Shown piece after piece: positions 39,801-51,380 of a stretch of DNA of 64,000 nt. The stretch is from Gekko japonicus (lineage: Eukaryota), in assembly GCF_001447785.1 (NCBI RefSeq), contig NW_015172565.1, positions 992,578 to 1,056,577 on the forward strand. The letters run 5' to 3'. Numbering within the stretch: position 1 is the stretch's first letter; each line of letters opens with the position of its first letter. Below the pieces are notes generated by a model, which did not search any database, was not told the origin of the DNA, and saw nothing but the letters and a program-made list of their open reading frames with translations. The position numbers and the translations under genes are program-made.

Positions 39801-40855
39801 TAAATCTCTTCAGCAATGCCAGCCTCCTAATATCTTTGCCTTGTTTATAATGCTGGAATTGTGTTATCGGTGTGAGTCTTTTAAGATGCCATTTCTCTAA
39901 GTAAATATTGGAAGAACGCTGTGTCAGGGTTGTGCAGACTAGCACTCTTGTTGAAAAGTTCAGTGATGTCCATCTGAGGGCACCTTTCACTCCCTCCTAA
40001 TATGAGAGGCACTTCCCCATCATGAGACCCCTTGCCCCCATGATATGTGTATGAATACACTTGAGGGTAGTGCCAGTTGCATCTCTCAGGGTCCCTTTGA
40101 CTCTATCGATTCTTGGTTGGGACAAAGCACAGCCGTCAGTGAACATTCAGTATGGAGAAGTGTGGACATGCATAAGGAATGGGTAAACAGCTGTGTTTTA
40201 CTATATTAAACGCTGATTTCCTGGAAGGGCCCTAAGGATCTTCTCTCTTCTAGGTCTGCAGGGCAGAGTACTGAGTTTTCTGAATGGATCGAGGCCTAGC
40301 TCCGTGGTCATGTCCCCGCTGCAACCTTTGAATCTGATGGAATTCACACTCTGCATGAGAGTGGCTGCAGAATATCTGGGTGAACAGAAAGCCATTCTCT
40401 TCTCCTACCACTCTCCCAATGATGAACTGAGAATCTTGCGTGAATCAAGTGGTCATTTTGGGTTGCACATGGGGGGGCGGAGCGTGATGTTTGCTCTCCC
40501 TGACCTCAGCCCTTTTGGGAGTCATTTGTGTGTGACCTGGGAATCCACATTTGGTCTTGTGAACTTTTGGATAAATGGGAAGCGGAGTATCAGGAAGATA
40601 TATAATGTGGGACACATTCTTCAGCCAGGGGGTACTGTGATGCTTGGACAGGATCAGAGTGCACAAACCATGTCTGAGAAGCAGAATCGACGTTTTGTGG
40701 GAGAAATAACCGATCTCTACATGTGGGATTATGTACTGCAGCCTCAGGACATTGAGAATGTTTTCCAGAAGCATGACTTTCCCAGGGGAAACATCTTTGA
40801 CTGGAACATCTTATCATACAAGATAAAAGGGGACGTGAGGGTACTGCCTAAGTAA
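24874..40855 (+). CDS. Gene 1: secreted F-type lectin (fucolectin)-pentraxin fusion protein, 6 coding exons, predicted 400 aa
   Basis: Exons 24874-24934, 25513-25563, 26494-26779, 33164-33318, 39721-39768 and 40254-40855 all have GT-AG boundaries and compatible phases (1,1,2,1,1) and total 1203 nt with no internal stop. Confidence 0.82.
25513..25563 (+). CDS. Gene 1 exon: 51-nt linker (NDGNVAIADASIIPVG)
   Basis: TTTCCTTTCTAG acceptor, GAG|GTAAAT donor, open in phase 1-1. Confidence 0.65.
26494..26779 (+). CDS. Gene 1 exon: F-type lectin domain, N-terminal part
   Basis: PNIAVGKISSQSS...GVDG...CTLT...PWWMVDL...TNRGDCCESRIKGAEILIG; 286 nt. Confidence 0.95.
27466..31122. mobile_element. Non-autonomous DNA transposon with 5-bp TSD, split by an L2
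   Basis: TIRs CAGGGGTGGAAA / TTTCCACCCCTG; GAATG on both flanks; clustered (G)TCAGT motifs inside both ends. Confidence 0.8.
27916..30640 (-). mobile_element. L2-clade LINE, degenerate ORF2
   Basis: Endonuclease remnant (THQAGHTLDLIF), RT (QSGF, GVPQGAVLSPMLFNIY, YADDTQLY), LHWLP motif and (ATAA)n-type tail. Confidence 0.92.
31540..32106 (+). mobile_element. L2 3' fragment
   Basis: RAFSVAAPIWWNELP...KTELFRQAF, GTAAGCCGCCCTGAG motif and AAATAAAT tail. Confidence 0.9.
32480..33045. mobile_element. Penelope-like inverted terminal fragments interrupted by a tRNA-head SINE (~32625-32906, minus)
   Basis: GCAGCACCTTAGAGACCA / TGGTCTCTAAGGTGCTGC inverted arms; the SINE ends in TTAACCACTACACCAAACT (reverse-complemented A-box head). 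Confidence 0.7.
33164..33318 (+). CDS. Gene 1 exon: F-type lectin domain, C-terminal part
   Basis: CATISSMDLGETVTFNCAGMQGQYVTITIPGRRESLSLCEVQVLG; CAG acceptor, AG|GTGAG donor; phase 2-1. Confidence 0.95.
33801..33837. repeat. (CA)n microsatellite
   Basis: About 18 CA units. Confidence 0.98.
38170..38232. repeat. Perfect 30-bp tandem duplication
   Basis: CAGGACATTTCAACCTCTTCCTAAGCTACA twice. Confidence 0.95.
38298..38654. mobile_element. GC-rich hAT MITE (TAGGGTTGCC family)
   Basis: TIRs TAGGGCTGCCAAGT / ACTTGGCAACCCTA; 8-bp TSD ACTGTGGG. Confidence 0.93.
38850..39640 (+). mobile_element. L2 3' fragment interrupted by a MITE-like insert (~39061-39450)
   Basis: AAAGCCCCACATGGCTTGGGACCAGG...GCCTTCTCAGTGGCAGCCCC...TGGAAC; resumes at ~39455 and ends in an AATAAA-rich tail. 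Confidence 0.65.
39721..39768 (+). CDS. Gene 1 exon: 48-nt linker (VHDGGRNPVRDSETDL)
   Basis: TTTTTTGCAG acceptor, TAG|GTAAGA donor, open in phase 1-1. Confidence 0.8.
   Translation, partial: FMMEGGIPSEIVKLI
40254..40855 (+). CDS. Gene 1 terminal exon: CRP/SAP-like pentraxin domain
   Basis: EFTLCM, pentraxin signature HLCVTWES, FWING, LGQDQ, FVGEITDLYMWDYVL, GNIFDW; whole domain in one exon, as in short pentraxins. Confidence 0.96.
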
Positions 40856-41041
40856 GAACGGCCGGGGGGGGGGGGAGATACGAGCATTCTTAGTGCCTTT
40901 GTGCAGCCAGCAGGCAAGGCTGCTATTTGTTGGCCTCCTAAGAAGTTCAAGGCACAGCTAGTGAACGACTTGCACTTATTATGTGATTATTATTCATATT
41001 GCACCATGGTATATCCTTGAATTAACAGTTTGAAAATATGA

Positions 41042-41047
41042 AATAAA
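41042..41047 (+). terminator. Candidate polyadenylation signal of gene 1
   Basis: AATAAA about 190 nt after the stop, followed by TG/T-rich sequence. Confidence 0.7.
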
Positions 41048-42487
41048 ATAGTTCTGTGATAACCACATGTGAGCATTCTCCCCTGTGTTTATTTGCATAG
41101 TGATTGGCTGCCACAGACCAGGAAAAACGGAGATTTTCAGGATTCTAACAAGAGCTTGTGGCCATTCAATATGGGGCAGAGGCTGGCTAGTAGGAACACT
41201 GGGATAGCTTGAAGGGCGTTAGCCTTTTAAAGAGGGAATATGGGATATTATTCCCAACCAAGCAATAAGCTTTAAAATCTTCTTTAGAATTATCAGTTCT
41301 TAATATTATAGATGCTTTATAATAATGTTATTGATTACTAACATATGCACTATCAATGTAGATGGTGCATCAGAAGCAAGAAAAGGGCAGTTGAGTACTA
41401 CTGAGCAATCCGACCTGGCTGTCAATCAGGTTGGGCTCCTGGGGAGTCTGCTCCTTACTTATCTGAAGGGCAACTGACAGTTCTCTCTGTGTTGACACAG
41501 CTGATGTTTCAGAAAATTGACAAGAACAGTAAAAACTTATGAGATTTTCCTCCCACAAAGCTAACTAGTAGTTTTGTGTGGACTGCATTTATTAACCCCA
41601 GAGAGTGATTAATTTTAAATGCTGGTATTTATTGGGGGGGGGGGGAATCAATGCATGTTTCACGGTATGTAAGGGAAGAAAATCAGTGTATAAGATGGAG
41701 ATGGAGAACCTACTATATTGTTCTGAACATCTTGGAGGAAGGGCAGAACAAAAATGTCCTGGATGGGGTTAGTGGCTATTTCTGTCATAGATATGCAGAG
41801 GTTGTGAAATTCAAAACAAAAATTTAAAAAGATTCCGTGAAATCAGGAATCACTATTGTCCAAGCATTTTATCTTCATTCGTCACCATAATTGCATTTGT
41901 TGTCTCTGCATGAAGAGGTGTCTCGTTTCTATGTCTTGATGAAAAATCCAGAGCCTGCCTGTAATGCCGCTGTGTATCTCCATGTTGGAGAGGTGATGGA
42001 AACCAGCCTGAGAGATCCCTGTCCTCAGCTGTAGACACCTTCTGTTCCCAGAGGAACAGGTAGCCCATAAGATCTGCAGAATACCAGCGGGGAGAGAAAT
42101 CAGCAGCGATCGTGGCTGTATGCCTTAGGACTGCATACATTTTCTTGCCATGGGAGTCAACTACCATCTATTTCCTGAGTTAGTTATGTTCCAAGCCTAG
42201 GAAATCAAATATAATAAATTCAAAGACTTACAGGTAGAAACAGGGTTTTTTTTCTTGATTTGCCTAACTTTTGCAGTATGCATGACACACACTGGGGGCC
42301 CAACTACATGCTACAGTCTTTATGTGTCTGCACCAGTTCCTATTAAGCCTGAAGGTGTACTGGGAGTTCCATGTCCAGACTTAATTCCAAGACAAGCAGG
42401 GGTCTGATTTGGATTGGGACCATGGCATGTTGGGAGCAAGGATTTAAGCCTTTTGCCTGTGTTGTTTTCATAACCTGGAATTGCCTT

Positions 42488-42839
42488 AAAGGTAAAGGTA
42501 AAGGTTCCCTTGCTCGAAAGCCAGTCGAATCCGACTCTAGGGTTGCGGTGCTCATCTCTGTTTCAAAGCCGAAGAGCCAGCGCTGTCCGAAGACGTTTCC
42601 GTGGTCATGTGGCCAGCATGACTATACACCAAGGCGCATGGAACGCTGTTACCTTCCCACCAAAGTGGTCCCTATTTATCTACTTGCAATTTCTTGCTTT
42701 CAAACTGCTAGGTTGGCAGGAGCTGGAACTAGAGACAGGAGCTCACCCCATCTTGCGGCACCCGGGTCTCGAACTGCTGAACTACTGACCTTCCACAGCC
42801 TGCAGTTCAGCGTCTTAACCACTTGAGCCACCGCAGCTC
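42488..42839 (-). mobile_element. Full-length Sauria SINE
   Basis: tRNA-like head GGTGGCTCAAGTGGTTAAG, (ACCTTT)n tail, 9-bp TSD AATTGCCTT. Confidence 0.93.
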
Positions 42840-43414
42840 AATTGCCTTGGGAAGCTGCTATTTGCCCTTTAGGGGAACTTGCATGTAGCCCATCAGCATA
42901 TGTAAGCTTATCCAGTAGTGCAAGTAGCAATTCTCAAAGAGCAGGTGGGCACGAGCTGAGCACTTCCCTGCCACCCACAGTTTCTATGCAGTGTATCATA
43001 CCCCTGTCCTGCTAACTTTGCTGTAGAGAAGCTGCACCCATTTCTCAGACCAAACCCCCCTCCGCTATCATTTATGTGGTTCTGCCCTGAGGCTATGACT
43101 TTAGATTTATTAAAACATCCACCAGTGTTTTCCCTATTAGTAAGTATTCTGTGTTCTTTTCCCACACATCTTATTTGTTAATTTGTAAAATTTATTTGTT
43201 ATTTCCTTTACAGGCTGCACTTAAGGAAACACACAAAGCCCACATCCTTGACTTTTGATTACATTGTGTACTATGTACAAGGAATAAATTACCTCCTTGA
43301 TTCAGTCTGTTTCCAACCTGGTTGGGGGACAGCTTTGGCCACCCCTAGTAGATGACCTATTAAATGAAAACAGGGAGCTTTAGTTTGCATGGGCTCCAGT
43401 ACCATTAACCATAT

Positions 43415-45090
43415 TTATTTTACAAAGTTTATATCTTGCCTTTTTACCCTCAGAAGGGCCGCCAAGGTGGCCAACAAATTAAAACATAATAAGATCAGTC
43501 TAAAATAATTACTGCCAATCCAAGTTCTCCACAATAATTTAAAAAATAAAATAAAACCGAGCTAAAAGACATTAAAAAATTGGTCAAGGAGGAGGAATCA
43601 CTGAGCAAACGCTAAACAAAAAGGATTTCAACTGCTGGCAGAAAATGGCAACTGAAGGGGACAGGTGAATCTCCCTGGAGAGAGAGTTCTAGAGTTCTGG
43701 TGCCACGACCAAGAAGGCTCTCTCCCAGGTTGCTCAGAAGGTGGGGGCACCTGCAGCAGGCCCCCAAAGATTACCATAGTGGTCGAATGGGTTCATAAGA
43801 GAGGAAGTGGCCCTTCCACCACAGCTGTCACCTGCTTATCCAGCAGTAGGACTGGGTCCAAGAGCACCCCTAGACTTCAGACCTGTTCCTTCAAAGGGAG
43901 TGCAACTCCATCCAGAATGGGTGACACTGTAAATCCTGGGTGAGACCTTCTGCTCACCAGTAGCATTGTGTTGTTGGGATTAAACCAATTTATTTGCCCA
44001 CATCCACTCCAAAATAATGTTCTGGATTGTTTTGCTGGAACGGAATTAGGGAGGTGGTGTTTGTGATTTTTTGCCATCCTTTTGGTTCTTCCAGGAGGGA
44101 AGGTTCCAGAAGGTAGTTGCTGGGAGACTACTGATCTGCCTCAAGAGTACAGGTTTGCAGGGTATCACAGGGTTCTTTTCTGTCTCCCTTGCTATGCATC
44201 ATCTATATTAAACTGTTAAGGGGGCCTTGTCCAGAGATTTAGAGTACACTGGGGTGCAGTGTCACCAATATGCTGATGATACCCATTCCCCCCCCCCCCC
44301 TTAAAATTCTAGAGAGAGAATGGAGTTTATGAAATGGTGCCTGGAGTCAGTGATGGACTGGGTGAGGATGAACAAACTGAAGCTTAATCTAGATATGGTG
44401 GAAGTACTGTTGATTGGAAATAGGGAGTGGGTGTACACCCTGCTTCGGAGAGGGTTGCACTCTGCCAGTTTGGTGTAGTGGTTAAGTGTGTGGCCTCTAA
44501 TCTGGGAGAACCAGGTTTGGTTCCCCGCTCCTCCACTTGCACCTGCTGATGTGACCTTGGGTCAGTCACAAGCTCTGGCACAGCTGTTCCTGAAAGAGCA
44601 GTTTGTGTCAGAGTTCTCTCAGCCCCACCCACCTCACAGGGTGTCTGTTGTGGGAAGGGGAAGGGATAGGAGTTTGTAAGCTGCTCTAAGACTCCAAGTG
44701 AAGGGCAGGGTATAAATCCAATCTCTTCTTCCTCTTCTTCTTCAGACCCACAATAATAATTATCATCATATGGCATTGTGTGTAGAATAGCCAGGAGACC
44801 CTAGGATTGTCTGGCAGCTGCAAGTTCTAGTTCTTAGCATTGTGCTAGTGGCGAGCTAGACTGGTTTTTAGGGGCTGAGAGAGCTCTGAAAGAACTGTGA
44901 CTGGCCACAGCTGGCTTCATGTGGAGAAGTGGGGAATCAAACCTGGTTCTCCAGATTAGAGTCCACTGCTCTTAACCACTACACCAAACTGGCTCCCCTT
45001 CAGACCCACAGCTTGGACCAAACTCTACATCTAGATGAGGAGGTGGCAGCCAGGGCCAGGAGTGTATTTTACTGACTTAGACTGGCAATC
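43415..45090. mobile_element. Degenerate L2 fragments (both strands) with inserted tRNA-head SINEs (44464-44740 plus, ~44865-44995 minus)
   Basis: L2 3' end on the minus strand from ~43415; CACCAATATGCTGATGAT (HQYADD) at ~44263; SINE head GCCAGTTTGGTGTAGTGGTTAAG. Confidence 0.7.
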
Positions 45091-45334
45091 CTTGATTGCA
45101 GAAGAATAATATAAAGCAATTCCTACCATGGTGAGCAACAGATGCTCTCTGCAGAAAAGTTTCTGGAACTTGCACCTACTTCTGCCTGAGACAGGCCACT
45201 TAAGAAGGTAGAACAGATTTTTGAAACTTTGTTTCTAATACCAATTTAAAATGCTTGTTTTTACCCTTAGCACCCTAAGGTTGCAATCCTAAAAACACTT
45301 TTCTGGAATTAAGACTTGTTACACATGTTTTACT

Positions 45335-45751
45335 CAGGGGTCATTTAGTAGAAAAAGAGGTGCAGGAGCTCATTAGCATAACTCATTAGAATAACTTATT
45401 TGCATGTGCCACACCCCCTGACATCACCAGAAGTGTGTCAGAAGACAACACCCACTGCTCAGGCTCCACTGGACTGTTTGGGATTGCTAACTATTGGGGG
45501 GGGGGACGTGCAGATCTGTCCTCCCAGAGGGGGGAGAGCTTGTACCTGAATAAAATTTGGTCTTAAAGGGGCCACTGGACTGTTTTGGACCGGGGGGCCT
45601 CTGCAGGGGGCTCTGCAGCTTACCTGGCTGCTTCTTGCTCTGACTGAGGGCTGCTGGGAGCAGGGGGTGGCGCTTGTTGCATGTGCCCACCCCCTGGGCT
45701 CTTTTCTGCCGGAGCTCTGCTCCTGTGCGCTCCTGCAGGAAATGACCCCTG
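45335..45751. mobile_element. hAT MITE (CAGGGGTCATTT family)
   Basis: TIRs CAGGGGTCATTT / AAATGACCCCTG; 8-bp TSD GTTTTACT. Confidence 0.92.
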
Positions 45752-48700
45752 GTTTTACTTAAGCATTTCACATCCACTGCCCTAGGGATTCTGACAACAA
45801 CCTCGTAAGGAAGGAAGAGCCTGTTTCCTAGTCAGATTTGAGCTGGCATTTTCTTTCTCATAGGGATGCTCTCAGCCACTTCAGTACAAGAAGGAGCTGC
45901 AACTCATTCTGTGCCGGGGCTATCTGTCATTACTCAGTACTATTGAAAAGCATTCTGCACATACCTTATAGGATCATAGGAACTGAACCCCAGAATGGGT
46001 TCATTCATAAGGAGATGTAAAGTAATGCTAAATGATTCATAAGAGGTAAATAATGCTAAATAATCAAGTGTATGAGGATAAGCAGTGTGTATTTCACTAC
46101 ACCTCTCAAAGCAACCATTTTAAACAGTAAACAAACAAGAACCAAAATAAAATGTTCATGGCCAGTGTGCAAATGATAAGAGACTGTGTAAACAGGAGAG
46201 ATGAAAAGTGCATGTTGTCCTCTTAAGAGGATGGAGAAAAAGAGCAAATGTGAGGAGGGGCAGCTGGAAGTCCCTAAGATGAGCGATATGTGTAACAAAG
46301 GGATAGAAGTACAACAGACAAGAGGAAAGCAGACAGAAAGATTTTACCTGTCCACCTTGCTAGTTCTACTGTCTCCTCCCCCCACACAATTAGTGTGCTT
46401 GATGCACAGAGACATTGTATCACCTTTCAATTCCAACCAAAGTTCCCTCTAAGCTTGCACTAGGGGGTGCCGGCACACAAAATTTTAGTTAGCAGCTCAG
46501 GGATTTTAGCCTCAGCTCACCAGTGAGCATTTCCCCCTTCACTGAAAACAATGGATTGGGGGCACCTCCTTCTGGGGCCCATAGAATTGGACCCCCTGGT
46601 CCAATCTTTTTGAAACTTGGGGTGTGTGTGTGAGGAGAGGTACCAGTAGCTATGCTGCAAATTTGGTGCCTCTACATCAAAAACAGCCTTCCCAGAACCC
46701 CAGATACCCACAGATCGATTCTCCATTATAGCCTATGGGGCCAATTGACTATAATAGGCTATAATGGAGACAGGAAAAAAATGATATTTTTTTTGCACAC
46801 CCGTTATGCTTTTCAGTATTTATTTATGATTTATAAGCTGCCTTGAGTCCCAGGGGAAAGTGGGTTATAAATATTTAAATAAATAAGTAGTTTGGGCAGG
46901 TTGATAACATTTAAGCAACTTCCTGTTCATTAGGTTAGGCAGGGTTCTGACAGTGATTGTTCCACCTCTGTTATACCTGACCTGTAATGCTGGTTGTCAT
47001 ATTTCACTAAAAACAACAAAGCAGACTGCAAGAGGTCCCCCACCACCACCAAGTGCTGTGCTGGTAAGTTTTCTAAGGCTCAGGCAGGGCGATGGTTCGA
47101 GGCCTTGTCTACCAATATACTGGACTGGGGTGGGTAGACCTGTTCTCCGTAGGACAGGTCTACTAATATAGTGGAAAGGGGCAGGTAGACTTGTTCTCCA
47201 GAGGCCTGGTCTACCCCAGTAGAGGACAACATTTTCTGTAATTAAATTTGACTTGATTGTTTTCTCTTATAATGTCTAAATTATTCTTAAAATATAGTTT
47301 GTAGTTTAGAAGAATTGATTCTGAGATTTTTACAAGGTTATGGAAATAATCTCAAAAACTAAATTACACGACAGTCAAATGTAGACTTGTTTACAACTTT
47401 AATGCTACTAGCTTTTTTGCTCACGAGGCAGACTTTTTGTTCACAACACTGGGGAGCTTACAGGGAACAGCAACGTCTTCCCCCATCTGCCTGGCAACCC
47501 CCCCCCCCCCATAACTGAATACATTGCCAGCAGTCTTTAAAATGTTTCTGAAATGCTTTTACATTTTGAAGATGTTATATATTAATTTTTCTGGTTTTAG
47601 TTGATTGCATGATGTGATCAACTGAACTGTTGTAAACTGCCCTGAGCCCTGCACAAGCTGGGAAGGGCGGTCAAGAAATCTAGTTTAATAAATAAATAAA
47701 TCCCAACAATACGGATATGGGTGCAACCTTTCTTTTTAATCTGCTAAATGCTGTTTCGATATTTATCCCCAGAATGCAGCTCTCAAGATGACTTATTTTC
47801 CTCCCTCCTATTTCTGTCAGCTTAAAATTTCTGTCTGTCCAGTAATGGAACTTCCTAAGGAAATGCTTTTTGGTGTCTTTAACTGGACGTGCCTCCCAGC
47901 ACATTTCTTTATCAACAAAAACCTCACTGTGCCAACAATTGCATCACACTGGAATCGAGTGTTGCCAGCTGGGGGTGGGAGATCTTCCATCCCCTACTGC
48001 TCTCAGCTGGTTGGTGGGAGGAAAATGCCTGTTCCCTGGGCCAAGGTAGCTTTTTTGTGTGTGTGTTAAATTTCTTCATCATGAACAAATATTGCTGTAA
48101 CTGAACAGCACTAATCTCCTATTTGTCAGAGATAATGTCCCTTAGCTCGGTTATGAAAATAATTAACAGGAATACAAAAATGCGAGGCCGCAGAATTTCA
48201 GAAGTTTTTAGCTATGTAAGGTAAAATCTTTTTTTTTCTTGTAAGGTTTTTTAAAGGGTTCATCTCATATTTCTATAGTATTTTGTCGTCGTTCCCCCCC
48301 CCCCCCTGAAATTGGGGAAGTTGTCTGAGAAGTGTTTCTTGTTTATTTTTTTCTTCATTAAAGTTTTAATTTCTGCCAAACAAGTTTGTGGGCCCATACC
48401 ACATGACTGCATCCTGAGAAGGGGACTCAAAGAAGAAGAAATTAGCCTTAAAAAGGGTTCCAGAAAGGAATAACATAGGTGTAGGACCTTGGCCTATGTA
48501 TACCAGCATGAATCTTGGTAGTGGTGCCAAAAATTAAAATTACAAAGAGTGAGAGAGATTTTAAACCAAACAAATAATTTTATTGTATACAAAATAAAAA
48601 AATAAGAATAAAAATGTAAAGAACCTACACTAAGCACCTGAGAACTAATTTCCTAAGTAATCACATCCATACACACCCAACAGGGCACACTTATAAAAGG

Positions 48701-49144
48701 TAAGGGGGAGGAAACTGGAAAGTTTTAGGGGAAGGGACATATGACCTAAAATCCTGGGCTTGAGGTCTGGAGAGGTCCAGGGTCAAACACAGCTGAGGTC
48801 CAAAGAGTGTGTGGGGGAGGAGCCTGCAACACAGTTGCAGGGGTGTTCAGGCAGTGGGAAAACCTGGCACATTTTTCACTGACCTGGGATGGTCTTTTTA
48901 TGGGGAAGGGTCCCATAGCTGGACATGGGAACCCACTTTCCCAGGAACATGACTGGTCTAACATACAAAGCTTGAATTTGACTGAGCACTTTGAAGTAAG
49001 GATTTTCCCCACCCTGTCCCAGGGCCAAAGCAGTCCAGCCCCAGAGGGAGACCTCTCTATCCTGAACCACAGGCATGAGAGCTCCCTAAAATTTGCACAA
49101 ACATGCCTCTCTGAGGCCAACTCGTCTCACGGGTAATGAGCAGC

Positions 49145-49345
49145 TAGGGTTGCCAGCTTCCAGGTGGGGTCTGGAGATATCCCGCTTTTACAACTGATCT
49201 CCAGCTGACAGAGATCAGCTCCCCTGGGGAAAATGGCTGTTTTGAAGGGTGAGTTCTATGCTGAGGCCCCTCCCCAAACCCCACCCTTTCCTGGATCCAC
49301 CCCCAAAGTCTCCAGGTATTTTCAAACTTAGACCTGGCAACCCTA
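49145..49345. mobile_element. hAT MITE (TAGGGTTGCC family)
   Basis: TIRs TAGGGTTGCCAG / CTGGCAACCCTA; 8-bp TSD TGAGCAGC. Confidence 0.93.
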
Positions 49346-49353
49346 TGAGCAGC

Positions 49354-50023
49354 TGTTAGAGACACACAACACAAGTTATTAAACCACAACTAATATTTAT
49401 TAAAACTAAATTTAAAAAAAATCAAAATTGAGTCAGTGTGCTGCCCCCAGCAGAGATTAGAACAGTAAAACATAGCAAGTTATACTGTACCTGTAAATAT
49501 TAAAGGATTGTGGGAAATGTAGTTTAATAATCTTATGGTCAGCTGGTTAGGACTAGCCTTTCTGATTGGTATATACAGCCTCTCTTTCCTTTGATACATT
49601 TACCCAGGGGAAACTGTTTATTGCCTTCATCCAGTTTGTTTGTGATCTTCTTGGCTAGCAAACGGGAGAGATTCAGCTCCTTTTACCCCATGAATCACTC
49701 AAAAGACTCAGGACTTTAAAGCTCCTAACAGCTAATTAAAAGGAAATCTGAGTAAAACTGAACCTTTGGATGCTTGAGAGTTGAATAAAGTTGATTCCAA
49801 ATGAGTGAAGACTGTGTTAAATACTTAGCCGTTCTTAAGAGCCAGCTCAGGCTGCCGGGAATGGCATAGTCAGGATACAGTTTTTTGCACAAAACACAAA
49901 CTGCTACAGACTAATACTTCAAAGTTCTCTACTTTAGTCTGGTAATGCATAACTCTTAGACATAGACAAAATACAGTTCCCTAATTACCATCTCCATACA
50001 TTCATCGTTCTGGCATTCTAACA
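49354..50023 (-). mobile_element. Possible solo LTR
   Basis: Ends TGTTAGA...TCTAACA are a 7-bp inverted pair; minus-strand AATAAA at ~49400; no clean TSD. Confidence 0.35.
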
Positions 50024-51075
50024 GGCACTGATCCTAGTGAAAGGTGATGGTTTGTTGCCTAATTACTTCTTAAAGGCCCCATCACCCCACAAAAAATCAG
50101 AATGTTCCTTTAATTAGCACTAGGGGTGTGCATTCAGGTCTACCCAAACTGAAAATATACTTGAAAAACACCCTAACAGTATTTTTGGGTGTATTTCAGC
50201 TTCCCAAATGTATCTGGGAAAACTGAGAAAACATCCTGAAAAAATCCTGGATATATAGAGGTGGAATCTGCCAGGATACTCCAGTTGAAAAGTCTTTTGC
50301 TACTGAGAATGAAGTGAAGGCTTATTGTTATTGAGAACCCTGAGCTGGGGAAGATTGCACTTAATCAGTTTGTGATGCCAGCCCACCCTTTCTCTTCTGT
50401 CTCTGTGAATGTTCAATGTCATGGCTGAACCCAGGTGCCTTTATGAGACTCCCTGTATTTCAATTCCCCTTGGCACTTAGGCTGTAAAAGTGAGTGCTTA
50501 TTAAAACGACTAAACCCAAAATAAGATGGGGACACCACTAACCAAGGGGGTCTCAGCTGGAGGAGGGGGCAGGGTCCTCACACTGCAACTACTCTGCAGG
50601 CACAGAACCCAGTTTCTCGTTAGGAAAGAGCAGGGTGGTTTTTCCTCGGTCACAAACATGAAGTAAACTAGGGTTGCCGACCTCAAAGTGGTGACTGGAG
50701 ATCTCCTGGGACTACAATTTATCTCCAGGCAACAAAGATCAGTCGACCTGGAGAAAATGGCCAATTTAGAAGGTGGACGCTATGGTATCATATCCCACTA
50801 AAGCCCTGTAAGCCAATGCCCTGTAGGTGAAAGGTCCAGATGGAACAACCTGAGTTGTCTATTGATCTTAGGCGATATGGTGATAGGCTGGGGAGGCCTC
50901 AATCCCAGGCCTGCTTGCCCCTCTTCTTCTCTTTTTACACGCTGGGAGTGAAGTATCTTCTTACAATGTGTTAACAAGGTTTGTATATATTTAATTTAAA
51001 GGAAACTCTCCTGTTTTTCTTCTTAAGAACATAATACTTATAATCCTGATTTCCTGTCAATTCACATTTTGACAT

Positions 51076-51197
51076 TGGACTTTTCCTCCATTCTGTTAAC
51101 GGCAAATACAAACATTTGGTTTACCAAAGAACTCCAAAGGGCAGTTTATGTCCTGATGTCCGATTGGAAGAGATCAAAAACCAAAGAGATTATATAA
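51076..51197 (+). promoter_or_regulatory. Candidate promoter of gene 2 with HNF4-like, forkhead-like and TATA motifs
   Basis: TGGACTTT 51076, GCAAATACAAACA 51102-51114, CAAAGGGCA ~51135, TATATAA 51191-51197. Confidence 0.45.
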
Positions 51198-51319
51198 CCT
51201 CATCAGTACTCTCCAGCTAAAGAACACTTTCCTCTGTTTCCTTCTTCTGCTGAGCTTTAGATTCTTTTCACAAATCCTGCAAAAAGGACATGCCTCATTT
51301 AAAGAGAACCCCCACAAAC

Positions 51320-51380
51320 ATGAGATGGTGTCTCCCTCTGCTGCTTCTGGCCATCCTGCCTGAACTGCTCGCCGAGAGAG
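51320..51380 (+). CDS. Gene 2 exon 1: signal peptide MRWCLPLLLLAILPELLAER
   Basis: AACATG context, Leu-rich core, GAG|GTAAG donor, 61 nt, phase 1. Confidence 0.85.

Noticed and set aside
44464-44540. tRNA-like A/B boxes (also at ~42800, ~57880, ~61340)
   Set aside because: SINE heads continuous with SINE bodies; no complete cloverleaf.
48097-49135. Possible additional LTR/ERV pieces
   Set aside because: TG/CA ends and poly(A) signals are suggestive, but no TSD, primer-binding site or coding remnant could be fixed.
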